From positions 9,525 to 73,524 of the forward strand of contig JAUIDP010000005.1 of assembly GCA_030429005.1 (NCBI GenBank): a DNA stretch of 64,000 bases, read 5' to 3'. Below, one piece after another: positions 18,171-27,492 of this stretch (positions are counted from its first letter, which is position 1; each line of letters starts with the position of its first letter). The stretch is from Gammaproteobacteria bacterium. Lineage in GTDB: Bacteria; Pseudomonadota; Gammaproteobacteria; Steroidobacterales; Woeseiaceae. The position numbers and the translations under genes are program-made. The notes below the pieces were generated by a model that saw nothing but the letters and a program-made list of their open reading frames with translations, searched no databases and had not been told where the DNA came from.

Positions 18171-19103
18171 ATGAAGCGACGAAATTTCTTGAAGGCAGTA
18201 TTGTCTGCAGCAGCTGTTACAGGTGGCCTCGGTTCCCGGTTCGCATTCTCCGGCGAATGTCCGCCGCAGCTGCTCAATGGCGTGCAACTATGGAGTGTCC
18301 GCGATCTTCTCGCCGAGGATGCACCTGGCACGCTCGAGGCAATCGGCGAGCTTGGTTTCAACGCGGTTGAACTGTTCGGTTTGGGGGGAGACCCGGTCAA
18401 AAATGCCCGTATTTTCGGACTTGAATTTGATGAACTATCGCGCATCTTGAATGCATCCGGGCTCAGCGCACGTCACTCACACACCGTGCAAAACTGGCAG
18501 GATCCTGATGCCATTGCCAGGGTCGCCGAGAAGTTGGACATCGACGTAGTAATCCTGGCAGCTGCAGAGGAATTCTTCGACCGGCAACGCGTGAGTTTCA
18601 TTCCCGCGACCAGTGTCGACCAGGTTCGGAAGCTGGCCGACAAGCTGAACACTGCCGGTGAACAATATCGTCGCCATGGGATCACATTTGCGTATCACAA
18701 CCATTGGACTGAATTTGTCCCGGTCGAAAACCAGGTGCCCCTGGACCTGCTGATTGAGCACACGGACCCGGACAATGTCCGCTTCGAACTTGATATTGCA
18801 TGGATAACCGCAGCCGGGGGAGATCCGGTCTCGTTTCTGAACAAGAACCTGGAGCGGATCGTCTCCTGCCATCTGAAGGACATCGACCAGGAGAAGGAGC
18901 TGCCAATTTCCTCGCCGACAGAGGCCTTTGTTGACGCGGTTCTCGAGCCCGGCGCCGGTACCATCGATTTTGAGCCCATCATCGAGATACTAACAAGGGG
19001 CGGCGTCACGAATGCCTTCGTGGAAGTCGACAAAGCAGATGATCCCCTGGCAGCAATTCAGCGTGGGCGATTACATCTGCAGACCCTGGGTAGCTGTGCG
19101 TAG
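18171..19103 (+). CDS. Tat-exported sugar phosphate isomerase/epimerase (AP endonuclease 2 TIM barrel)
   Basis: KRRNFLK Tat motif; QLWSVR, YHNH, ELDIAW, HLKD and FVEVD motifs. Confidence 0.9.
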   Translation: MKRRNFLKAVLSAAAVTGGLGSRFAFSGECPPQLLNGVQLWSVRDLLAEDAPGTLEAIGELGFNAVELFGLGGDPVKNARIFGLEFDELSRILNASGLSARHSHTVQNWQDPDAIARVAEKLDIDVVILAAAEEFFDRQRVSFIPATSVDQVRKLADKLNTAGEQYRRHGITFAYHNHWTEFVPVENQVPLDLLIEHTDPDNVRFELDIAWITAAGGDPVSFLNKNLERIVSCHLKDIDQEKELPISSPTEAFVDAVLEPGAGTIDFEPIIEILTRGGVTNAFVEVDKADDPLAAIQRGRLHLQTLGSCA

Positions 19104-19133
19104 CTGAAAGCGGGTGGCCGGCGATCAAACCGG

Positions 19134-19174
19134 CCGACTGTCGGGCAATTGTCGGGTAGATTGCGTAACCGACA
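19134..19174. promoter_or_regulatory. Cluster of TGTCGG/CCGACA half-sites, candidate operator for the downstream XRE regulator
   Basis: CCGACTGTCGG at 19134-19144, TGTCGG at 19150 and CCGACA at 19169. Confidence 0.45.
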
Positions 19175-19222
19175 CTGGTAGAGTTTGTCCACACTTTCGG
19201 TTCGCAAGCACTGGACGCGGTC

Positions 19223-19687
19223 ATGATCCTCAAACAATTGCGTATTGGTCGCCACCTCTCACAAGAGCAACTGGCTCAGATGTCCGGACTGAATGTCAGG
19301 ACAATTCAGAGAATTGAGAGCGGTCAAAACGCTAGCCTGGAGTCAATGAAATGCCTCGCGTCGGCGCTTGAAGTTGATATCGAAACTTTGAACCAAGAGG
19401 CCTACACGATGGACAGAAGCACTGCGGCTTGGCAAGACCTCCCTTTCTGGCTGAAATGCTGGTTTTTCATTAATTTTCTGAGCGTTCGCACCAGGCGATC
19501 GGTGGCACGCCGGATCTCCGTGCTTTCCCATGCATTTGGATTCCTGTTCTGTGTCCTCGGCTTCGCGAGTGAGGCAGCACTTGCCGGTGGACTGATATTG
19601 CTCGCGAATGCGTATCTCTTTGCCCTGTTGATGTGGCAAGGAGACAAGTACGGCATCTGGTACGACGCCGTCGACGCAACCAGCTAG
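19223..19687 (+). CDS. XRE-family HTH regulator with C-terminal TM helices
   Basis: LSQEQLAQMSGLNVRTIQRIESG followed by two hydrophobic helices. Confidence 0.85.
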   Translation: MILKQLRIGRHLSQEQLAQMSGLNVRTIQRIESGQNASLESMKCLASALEVDIETLNQEAYTMDRSTAAWQDLPFWLKCWFFINFLSVRTRRSVARRISVLSHAFGFLFCVLGFASEAALAGGLILLANAYLFALLMWQGDKYGIWYDAVDATS

Positions 19688-19842
19688 GTCGCGCCCTCCG
19701 CAACCAACCGCTTTGCCGCGCAGGAGCCCGCTTTACACTCGGGAACGTCCGGCCGGATACTTCGTATAGTTTTCCAATTTTTTGTCATTTATTAGGAAAA
19801 TTTTCTATATACTGACCTGACTTCCGATCAAGAGACCACATC

Positions 19843-20310
19843 ATGGACCGTATCGACCGGGCTATCCTCAACGCACTGCAGGACGATGCAACGCTGACCG
19901 TGGCCGAGTTGTCGACCCGCGTCGGGCTGTCCAAATCGGCCTGCTGGCGGCGCGTGCAACTGCTCGAGGAAGAAGGCGTCATCGGCGCCAGGGTCACGCT
20001 GCTGAACCAGGAGAAGCTGGGGCTGAACCTCACCGTTTATTCCGCGATTCGCACGCACGAGCACACCGCCGACTGGTTCGCCCGGTTTCACGCGATGGTC
20101 ACGGCGATGGAAAACGTCATGGAAGTGCATCGCCTGAGCGGGGACATCGACTACCTGATTCGCGCCGTCGTGCCGGACATGCGCAGCTATGACGAGATGT
20201 ACAAGGAAATGATCGCGAAGGTGGATCTCTACGACGTATCGTCGAGCTTCAGCATGGAAACGATCAAGTACACTACGGCCCTGCCCCTGCACCATCTGAA
20301 ATCCGAATAG
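19843..20310 (+). CDS. Lrp/AsnC family regulator (DecR/YbaO-like)
   Basis: DRIDRAIL...VGLSKSACWRRV HTH; SGDIDY; SSFSMETIKYTTALPL. Confidence 0.9.
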   Translation: MDRIDRAILNALQDDATLTVAELSTRVGLSKSACWRRVQLLEEEGVIGARVTLLNQEKLGLNLTVYSAIRTHEHTADWFARFHAMVTAMENVMEVHRLSGDIDYLIRAVVPDMRSYDEMYKEMIAKVDLYDVSSSFSMETIKYTTALPLHHLKSE

Positions 20311-20314
20311 CCGC

Positions 20315-21088
20315 ATGAGCCACGAGAACGAATACTTCCCGAACATGGTGACAATGCTCGAGCTGATCTGGGGCGATGGCTACATGGCGCCCGGCGGCCC
20401 GAAGAACGTTGCGCGCCTGCTGCGCGGGCTCGACCCCGCCGGCAAGCGCATTCTCGACATTGGCAGCGGTATCGGCGGACCGGCTTTCGAAATGGCCCGG
20501 ACCCACGGCGCAACCGTCGTCGGTATCGACCTTGAGCAACCGCTGGTCGAGCGCGCCGAGGCCGATGCGGCAAAGCACGGCCTCGCAGACCGCTGCTCAT
20601 TCCAGACGGTCGTTGCTGGGCCGCTGCCGTTCGAGGACAACGCGTTCGACATCGTTGTCAGCTCCGGCGCATTCACCCAGATTGCCGACAAGCGTGGCAT
20701 TCTCGGCGAAAGCTTTCGCGTTCTGAAACCGGGCGGCAGCCTGAGCTGCTACGACTGGCTGAAGTCCGACGGCGAGTATTCAGAAGACATGCATTACTGG
20801 TTCAAGGTCGAAGGGCTGACCTACGCCATGGAGACCCTGGACAGCTATGCAAAACTGTTGGCGGACGCGGGTTTTGTCGACGTCGAGTGCGACGATGCAT
20901 CAGCATGGTACCGGCAGGAGGCGCGCAGGGAATACGAGTTGATGACCGGCGACCTCTACCCGCGCATGGTCGAACTCCTCGGCCAGACCGACGCCGATCA
21001 CTTCGTCGAAGACTGGCGGGCGATGCTCGTTGTCATCGACAAGGGTGAGATGCGGCAGGGCTACAGCCGCGGCCGTCGCCCTGCCTGA
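20315..21088 (+). CDS. SAM-dependent methyltransferase, phosphoethanolamine N-methyltransferase-like
   Basis: ELIWGDGYMAPGG, ILDIGSGIGG, GIDL and LKPGG motifs. Confidence 0.75.
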   Translation: MSHENEYFPNMVTMLELIWGDGYMAPGGPKNVARLLRGLDPAGKRILDIGSGIGGPAFEMARTHGATVVGIDLEQPLVERAEADAAKHGLADRCSFQTVVAGPLPFEDNAFDIVVSSGAFTQIADKRGILGESFRVLKPGGSLSCYDWLKSDGEYSEDMHYWFKVEGLTYAMETLDSYAKLLADAGFVDVECDDASAWYRQEARREYELMTGDLYPRMVELLGQTDADHFVEDWRAMLVVIDKGEMRQGYSRGRRPA

Positions 21089-21094
21089 GTCCCC

Positions 21095-22303
21095 CTAGAT
21101 TGACCGCGTCGCGATCGACGGCGATATGCCGCTCGCGCGTCTCGCCGGCCCAGCCACGGCCGCCTGCCCAACCAGCCACAGGATGACCATCGCGATCGGC
21201 ACGACATACCAGGCCAGTGGCGTAAGGGCGAACTCCTGCACCATGTAGATGTTCAGCGCGACAGCCAGGATGCCGCCGGTAATGATGCCCACGCTGCTGA
21301 TCAGGAAGTTCTCGATCATGAAATAGCGCATGATCTCGGGGCGGGTCGCACCAAGCGCGCGCCGTACGCCGATTTGCCTTGTGCGCCGGCTGACACTGAA
21401 GCTCGCGAGGCCGACAATGCCGAGACCGGTGATCACCGTCAGCAAGGAAACAATGAAAGTCAGCATCGTGATCATCGCGGAGTCGCCGGTGTACGAGCGT
21501 TCCCGGACTTCGGTCATCGAGCGAACATTCTCGATGATGCGATCCTTGTTCGCAGCCAGCGCCGCTTCGATGCGCGGAATCATCTCATCGCGCATCCCGG
21601 GCTCCGTGCGAATCACGTAGCGCTGGAATTCGCCGTCACGACGCGACGGCACGAGCATCGAATTTTCCACGCGCTCCCAGCCGTTCCATGGAGCCTGCAG
21701 TCGATCCACGATACCGACGATCTTGACCGGGTCGTTCTCGTTGATGAAAACCGTCTTACCGACCAGCGAACCGGTTTCCTCCGGGAACAACTCTTCGGCC
21801 AGCGCCCGGGTCAGTATGCCGGTCGCGGGCCAGGTACTGACCTCGCGGTTGTTCCAGGTGATTTCGTCCGCGGCGAAATTCTCGCCAGCAACGAGGTTGG
21901 TGCCGAAAGTCTCGATCGCGTGTTCGTCGGAGAAGTAGATCGCCGTGCCGATCCCATCCGAGTTGGGCCCCGGCTCGGTTGACAGGCTCATGCTCCAGCC
22001 GCCGGACCGCAGCGGAAACGAATTCGTTGCGATGGCATCGCGAACGCCCGGCATCCCGCGCAGCAACGCGAGGTCCTCGTCGATCATTGTGCGCATGTCT
22101 GCATCCGGAACAAAGGCAACGCTTGTCAACGTGATGATGTTGTCCTCGTCCGTGCCGCTCGGTCGCGCCATTTGCGTGGCTCGCTCCTGGATGATTGCAA
22201 TTGCGTTGACCATGATCGCCATTGTCACGGCGATTTGCAGTGCAATGAGCGCATAGCTGCTCTTGTTGCGCAGGATCGCTCGCCAGATGGGTCCCAGTTC
22301 CAT
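21095..22303 (-). CDS. ABC transporter permease (MacB/FtsX family)
   Basis: RRTRQIGVRRALGAT motif; N-terminal TM plus periplasmic domain. Confidence 0.9.
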   Translation of the reverse strand: MELGPIWRAILRNKSSYALIALQIAVTMAIMVNAIAIIQERATQMARPSGTDEDNIITLTSVAFVPDADMRTMIDEDLALLRGMPGVRDAIATNSFPLRSGGWSMSLSTEPGPNSDGIGTAIYFSDEHAIETFGTNLVAGENFAADEITWNNREVSTWPATGILTRALAEELFPEETGSLVGKTVFINENDPVKIVGIVDRLQAPWNGWERVENSMLVPSRRDGEFQRYVIRTEPGMRDEMIPRIEAALAANKDRIIENVRSMTEVRERSYTGDSAMITMLTFIVSLLTVITGLGIVGLASFSVSRRTRQIGVRRALGATRPEIMRYFMIENFLISSVGIITGGILAVALNIYMVQEFALTPLAWYVVPIAMVILWLVGQAAVAGPARRASGISPSIATRSI

Positions 22304-22315
22304 ATCCGTCTCCGT

Positions 22316-23635
22316 CTACTGAATTCTGAGCTGTGCCGCCGGCGTCACGCTGCAGGCGCGCCAGGTCGGGTACAGGGCCGCGGCCAATGCCGAGACGATC
22401 GCCAGTGCCACCGCCGCGAGGACCATCACCCAGTCCATGACGACAAGTTTTTGCACAAACTCGAAGATGCTGAATAGGTTTTCGATGCCGCGCAGGCCAA
22501 GCCACGTCAGACCGATGCCAAGCACGCCGCCGGCCAGGCCAATCATGCTGGCCTCGACGATATACTGAGCAAACAAGGTTGCTTTGCTGGCACCGAGCGC
22601 GCGCCGCAGGCTGATGTCCTTGGTGCGTTTCATGACTTTCGCCAACAGCAGCCCGACGGTGTTCAGCAGGCAAACAATCAGGAACAGGATCGCCAGCCCC
22701 AAGAGTACGCTGACGTCCTCGTCGACGACCTCGTTGATGTCCATCCACTCCTCGACGTTGTCGAGCCGGTTGTTGAGCGGTCGTGGAAAGCGCCCGACCA
22801 GTTTCTGCTCCTCGACGTAGGCATCCAGGAATTGCAGGTAGGCGGCTTTCTCCGCCTCGCCTGGCAACTCTGCCCACATCTGTATCCAGATGCACTCGGA
22901 GTTACGAAATGCTTCGACGCCACCGTCCTCTATCGGTTTCCAGCAATTGGTGTTGCCGGCACTGCCGTGCTCGCCAGCGACCGCAACCGAGAACGGCAGG
23001 AACAATGCGGCCGGGTCATTGTACTCATTGTTATTCAGGTCATAGAACAACGGCACCGGCGACCATTCATCCAGTACGCCGACGATCCGGTAAGGCTCGC
23101 CGGACAGCGTCAACAGTTCGCCGACCGAATTCTCACCACCGAACAACTGCTCATTCAGAGCCTGGCCAATGACGACCACGCGTTCCTGTGTATCGTCCGC
23201 CGACTTGTCCCAGCCCGAACCGTGGGCAAACGGCACGTTGAACATCGCAAAGAAGTCCGCGGTCGTTGCCCGGCTTTGCGTCTGGAACGGCTTGCTGTCC
23301 TCACCCGCCGGTTGCACGACGCGCGACGACAGGAAGCTGATGACCTGCCGGTTGGCACGCCCCGCCGCGTGCAGCGCCGTTGCATCGAGGTAGGTCAGCT
23401 GCTCGGGTGGTTCGTTCGGTTCGTCGTACGGCTCGGCCGGGTCCCAGCTATCCACCCTGACGTGAAACAACTGGTCCGACTTTTCCGGGATCGGATTGCC
23501 ACTCATGATGTACTGGATCGTGACGATCGTCATACAGGCACCGATGCCGATGCCGATTGCGGCCACCATCAATGCGCTGAGGGCCGGGTTCGCCCTGATG
23601 CTCAGGATGCCGAGGCGCAGGTAGTATCGAAACAT
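22316..23635 (-). CDS. ABC transporter permease (MacB/FtsX family)
   Basis: ISLRRALGAS and LYPTWRA motifs; MacB periplasmic core. Confidence 0.9.
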   Translation of the reverse strand: MFRYYLRLGILSIRANPALSALMVAAIGIGIGACMTIVTIQYIMSGNPIPEKSDQLFHVRVDSWDPAEPYDEPNEPPEQLTYLDATALHAAGRANRQVISFLSSRVVQPAGEDSKPFQTQSRATTADFFAMFNVPFAHGSGWDKSADDTQERVVVIGQALNEQLFGGENSVGELLTLSGEPYRIVGVLDEWSPVPLFYDLNNNEYNDPAALFLPFSVAVAGEHGSAGNTNCWKPIEDGGVEAFRNSECIWIQMWAELPGEAEKAAYLQFLDAYVEEQKLVGRFPRPLNNRLDNVEEWMDINEVVDEDVSVLLGLAILFLIVCLLNTVGLLLAKVMKRTKDISLRRALGASKATLFAQYIVEASMIGLAGGVLGIGLTWLGLRGIENLFSIFEFVQKLVVMDWVMVLAAVALAIVSALAAALYPTWRACSVTPAAQLRIQ

Positions 23636-23653
23636 ATCGCTCTCCCGGGCTGC

Positions 23654-24352
<699 letters not shown>

Positions 24353-24375
24353 GTCTTGACTCCCAGCAAGGACAG

Positions 24376-25662
24376 TTATTGGGTGAGTAGTACCCGTTCG
24401 GCGCTACGGAACGGATCGAGGCTTGAAATAACGATTTGCTCGCCCTGGTCGAGACCGGCGACGATCTGTACGGCACCCAGGCTCCGGGCGCCCACTTCGA
24501 TGGCGCGGCGTTCGGCCAGCCCATCGGCATTCAATACATAAGTCACGCGACCGGCGCCGCTGTCGAGGAACTGCCCGCGTTGTACGTACAGTACGTCGCG
24601 AAACTCGGCCAGCAGGATGCGCGTCGTCAGGCGCTGGTTCTGTCGCAGGTTTGTTGGACCATTGCCAACAAAGCGGATGCGGCCATTGACCTGGTTGTTG
24701 ACGATCTCCGGCGAGACAGCCACCAGTTCGCCCTGGAACTTGTCACTGCCGACCATGATCTCGGTTTGCATGCCCACATCGAGGTCATCGGCGTAGCTTT
24801 CGGGAATCTGCGCATCGATCTCGAAGCGCGTCAGGTCCACGACGGCCATGACCGGCGTATCGACGGACACCGCCGCTTTCTGGTCGACGAGCAGGTCGCC
24901 GACGATGCCATTCACCGGTGACTTGATCGCGAGATCATCGACCTGCCTGCTCAGGTTGCTGACGAGCAGCTGCTGGCGCTTCAGCTCCAGCTCGCTGGCA
25001 CGGATCTCGAATGCCAGCCTTTCGTCAAACAGGTCGGCGTCGGCAACGGCATGCTCGTGTGCAACCCGCGCGTTCTCGAGGTCGTCCTGCGCTTTCTCAT
25101 AGTCGATGACCGAAATGACGCCGAGCTCGTGGGCCTGGTCCGCGCGGCGTTTTTCGCGGTCTGCGGCCGTCAGCGCCACCATGGCCAGGTCGGCTGCCTT
25201 GCGCTTGTCGAGGGCGAGTTGCCGCGATTCGATCCGTTGCCGGTCGAGTTCCACCTGCCGTTGTTCCAGTTCCGACTCGGCCTGCTCGAGCTGGTTGGCA
25301 AGATCGGGGCTGTGTACGACGCCGACGACCTGCCCTTCGACGACACGTTCGCCCGATTCGACGTTCAGGGTAATCGTGCCGGGTGCGGTCGAATACAGCG
25401 TCGGACTGACGGCGGCGACGACGCGCCCCTGCACCGACACGTCCCGGACCAGGTCGCCGCGTGTCACGGTCGCCAGGCGCACCCGGTCAAACGGTACCGA
25501 GATGGTTGCGTTAGCCCAGCGCTGGAAAACCGGCGCTCCCTGCCATGCCAGTACCAGGACGCTGAGCACCACAACCCCGACAACGATGTGTTGTTTTCGT
25601 TTGCTCGGTGGTGCCAGGCGAACATCCTGCCCCGATGTGTCCGCGATCTTCAGTGTCGTCAC
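24376..25662 (-). CDS. Efflux periplasmic adaptor (MacA/HlyD family)
   Basis: N-terminal TM, long coiled coil, IKSPVNGIV motif; heads the ABC operon. Confidence 0.9.
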   Translation of the reverse strand: MTTLKIADTSGQDVRLAPPSKRKQHIVVGVVVLSVLVLAWQGAPVFQRWANATISVPFDRVRLATVTRGDLVRDVSVQGRVVAAVSPTLYSTAPGTITLNVESGERVVEGQVVGVVHSPDLANQLEQAESELEQRQVELDRQRIESRQLALDKRKAADLAMVALTAADREKRRADQAHELGVISVIDYEKAQDDLENARVAHEHAVADADLFDERLAFEIRASELELKRQQLLVSNLSRQVDDLAIKSPVNGIVGDLLVDQKAAVSVDTPVMAVVDLTRFEIDAQIPESYADDLDVGMQTEIMVGSDKFQGELVAVSPEIVNNQVNGRIRFVGNGPTNLRQNQRLTTRILLAEFRDVLYVQRGQFLDSGAGRVTYVLNADGLAERRAIEVGARSLGAVQIVAGLDQGEQIVISSLDPFRSAERVLLTQ

Positions 25663-25760
25663 CTATACGTGTGTCAAATGCACCCTGTACCGGGTGCTTT
25701 TGACTTAGATGCGACAACTTCGATTTTCGTTTACAGCGATTTGCCTGGACCAGGTCCAGA

Positions 25761-27491
25761 TCAATGCTCGCGCCGGCTCCCGGGATTGAATTGCTCACCG
25801 CGCGTCCAGGACGCCGGGTCGTACGGATTGCCGGTAATTCGCCACTCCTGCATCGGGAACAGGTAGCCCTCGGCGTCCGGATTGACACCGTAGCCGTAGG
25901 TCAGGTGCCGGCGCTCGCGCGGCGCGGTCGCGTCGAGTGAAAACACCGACTGCCCGGGAAATTCAGCGTCGATACCCGCCAATGCTGCAATCGTCGCGGC
26001 AATATCCACCATTGAACTCGGTGCCGGGGATGACCGGAACGGGTGCATTGCGCCCGGTGGCTTGATCGCCAGCGTCGGCGTTGCCATTCCGACAGCGGTA
26101 GCGGTGACTTCGCCAGATTGCGGAACGTTTTCGACCGGGACCCAGGCCCCGTGGTCCGCCATCAGCACGATCAGGCTGCTGTCGTAGATGCCGAGGTCCT
26201 TCATGCGCTGCAAGACGCCGAGCACACCGAGCAACCCGCATTGCGCGTGTGTGATGACCGCCTCACGCGTCCCGGTCTTGCGGCCGTCATACTCGCAGCG
26301 GGCATTGCCAACGAACGGCCGGTGGCTCAGCATGAAGTGCATCAGTTTGTAGACCGGCGTGTCCCGCGAGACCGACATCTCCTCCTTCAGGCTGTCGAGG
26401 AACGCGAGGTCGGAAAAATACTGCAGGTGCAGGTACGAACGGCTTTGCACCATGCCCTGGAACACCCACAGTTCGTCCCGGTGTACCAGCGCTTTGCCAA
26501 AATGCGGGGCAACACGAAACAAGGCCAGGTCGATCAGTTTCGCCGCATCGAGCACGGCGAGGTCGTCCGCTGTGACATGGCCGTCCGACGTGATGCCATA
26601 GGCGTTGTTGTGCTGGCCCACTGCATAGGTATTGCGCAGCGGCACGGTTGCCATGATGTCGACCTCGTAACCGCTTGCGAAGGCACTGTTGGTAATAGTC
26701 GCTCCACTGATACTTTCGCTGACGAAGTCATCCACCGGTTGATCGTTGTAATACAGCTTGCCGCTGAGCATCGCGGGCACCGTCAGCTGCGTGTAGGGAT
26801 AGGCGCCGAGGTGCTGCTCAAAATAAGTGAATCCGCGCAGCTCCTGGCGAAAATCCCGTTCACTTGTATCGGCCAGGATTGCCGCAAAGATGTCAGACTG
26901 GAAGCCGTCCATGACGATGTGCACGATGTTGAACTCGGACGAAAACTGCATCGCTGCGGCCCGGCCCGCAGCATTGCCGGCAACACTGTCGACGGCGTAA
27001 ATTTCGGGATGCCTGCCAAGACCCGGCACGCTGGCGATTGCCTGGATGCAAAAGGTTGCGACCGCGGCAAAGAACAAGCCCTTGCCGAACCGCCGAAAAC
27101 CGAAGATCGCTACAGCCAGCAACAACACCCAGAGCGCTGAATCGAGGACTCCGCGCCAGGCATTATCGAGCCAGTGAATCGTGCTGCCATCCAGTGCACC
27201 GTACTGCCATACGAGGATATTTCCCTGTAGCCAGAACAGGACAGCCAGCGCATTCAATATTGCCAGGTAACGTTTGCGAGCATCGCCGTTCGCCAGCAAT
27301 CCGGCCAGAGTCAACACGGCGAATACAGCGAGCGCATACGGCAACATCCGGACCAGCAAACTGGTGTAGTCGCTGGCAAATTCTCGTGTATTGCCGGTGA
27401 ACACGGCCAGCGTGGCAAACAGCACAACCGTCGCTACCGGAATGGCCGCGGAAACGACAAGTCGCAACAATTCCGCCATGCGCGGTCGCAT
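25761..27491 (-). CDS. Membrane-anchored sulfatase-like/alkaline-phosphatase-superfamily transferase
   Basis: About five N-terminal TM helices; NIVHIVMDGFQ, YPYTQLTVP, SHRPF, IYDSSLIVLMADHG and DIAATI motifs. Start placed just after the upstream stop. Confidence 0.8.
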   Translation of the reverse strand: MRPRMAELLRLVVSAAIPVATVVLFATLAVFTGNTREFASDYTSLLVRMLPYALAVFAVLTLAGLLANGDARKRYLAILNALAVLFWLQGNILVWQYGALDGSTIHWLDNAWRGVLDSALWVLLLAVAIFGFRRFGKGLFFAAVATFCIQAIASVPGLGRHPEIYAVDSVAGNAAGRAAAMQFSSEFNIVHIVMDGFQSDIFAAILADTSERDFRQELRGFTYFEQHLGAYPYTQLTVPAMLSGKLYYNDQPVDDFVSESISGATITNSAFASGYEVDIMATVPLRNTYAVGQHNNAYGITSDGHVTADDLAVLDAAKLIDLALFRVAPHFGKALVHRDELWVFQGMVQSRSYLHLQYFSDLAFLDSLKEEMSVSRDTPVYKLMHFMLSHRPFVGNARCEYDGRKTGTREAVITHAQCGLLGVLGVLQRMKDLGIYDSSLIVLMADHGAWVPVENVPQSGEVTATAVGMATPTLAIKPPGAMHPFRSSPAPSSMVDIAATIAALAGIDAEFPGQSVFSLDATAPRERRHLTYGYGVNPDAEGYLFPMQEWRITGNPYDPASWTRGEQFNPGSRREH

Positions 27492-27492
27492 G

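Larger units (their letters stand above)
11378..19131 (+). repeat. Family of degenerate ~28-bp dyad sites in the spacers of an accessory gene run
   Basis: Copies start at 11378, 11435, 11892, 12047, 13020, 13590, 14187, 15125, 16880, 17963 and 19104. They share an 8-bp arm, a 12-bp spacer with a TGGCCG-like core and an 8-bp arm. Aligned by eye. Confidence 0.6.

Noticed and set aside
11378..19131. CRISPR or prophage reading of the accessory run
   Set aside because: Repeats are too degenerate and are separated by whole genes; no cas or phage structural genes.
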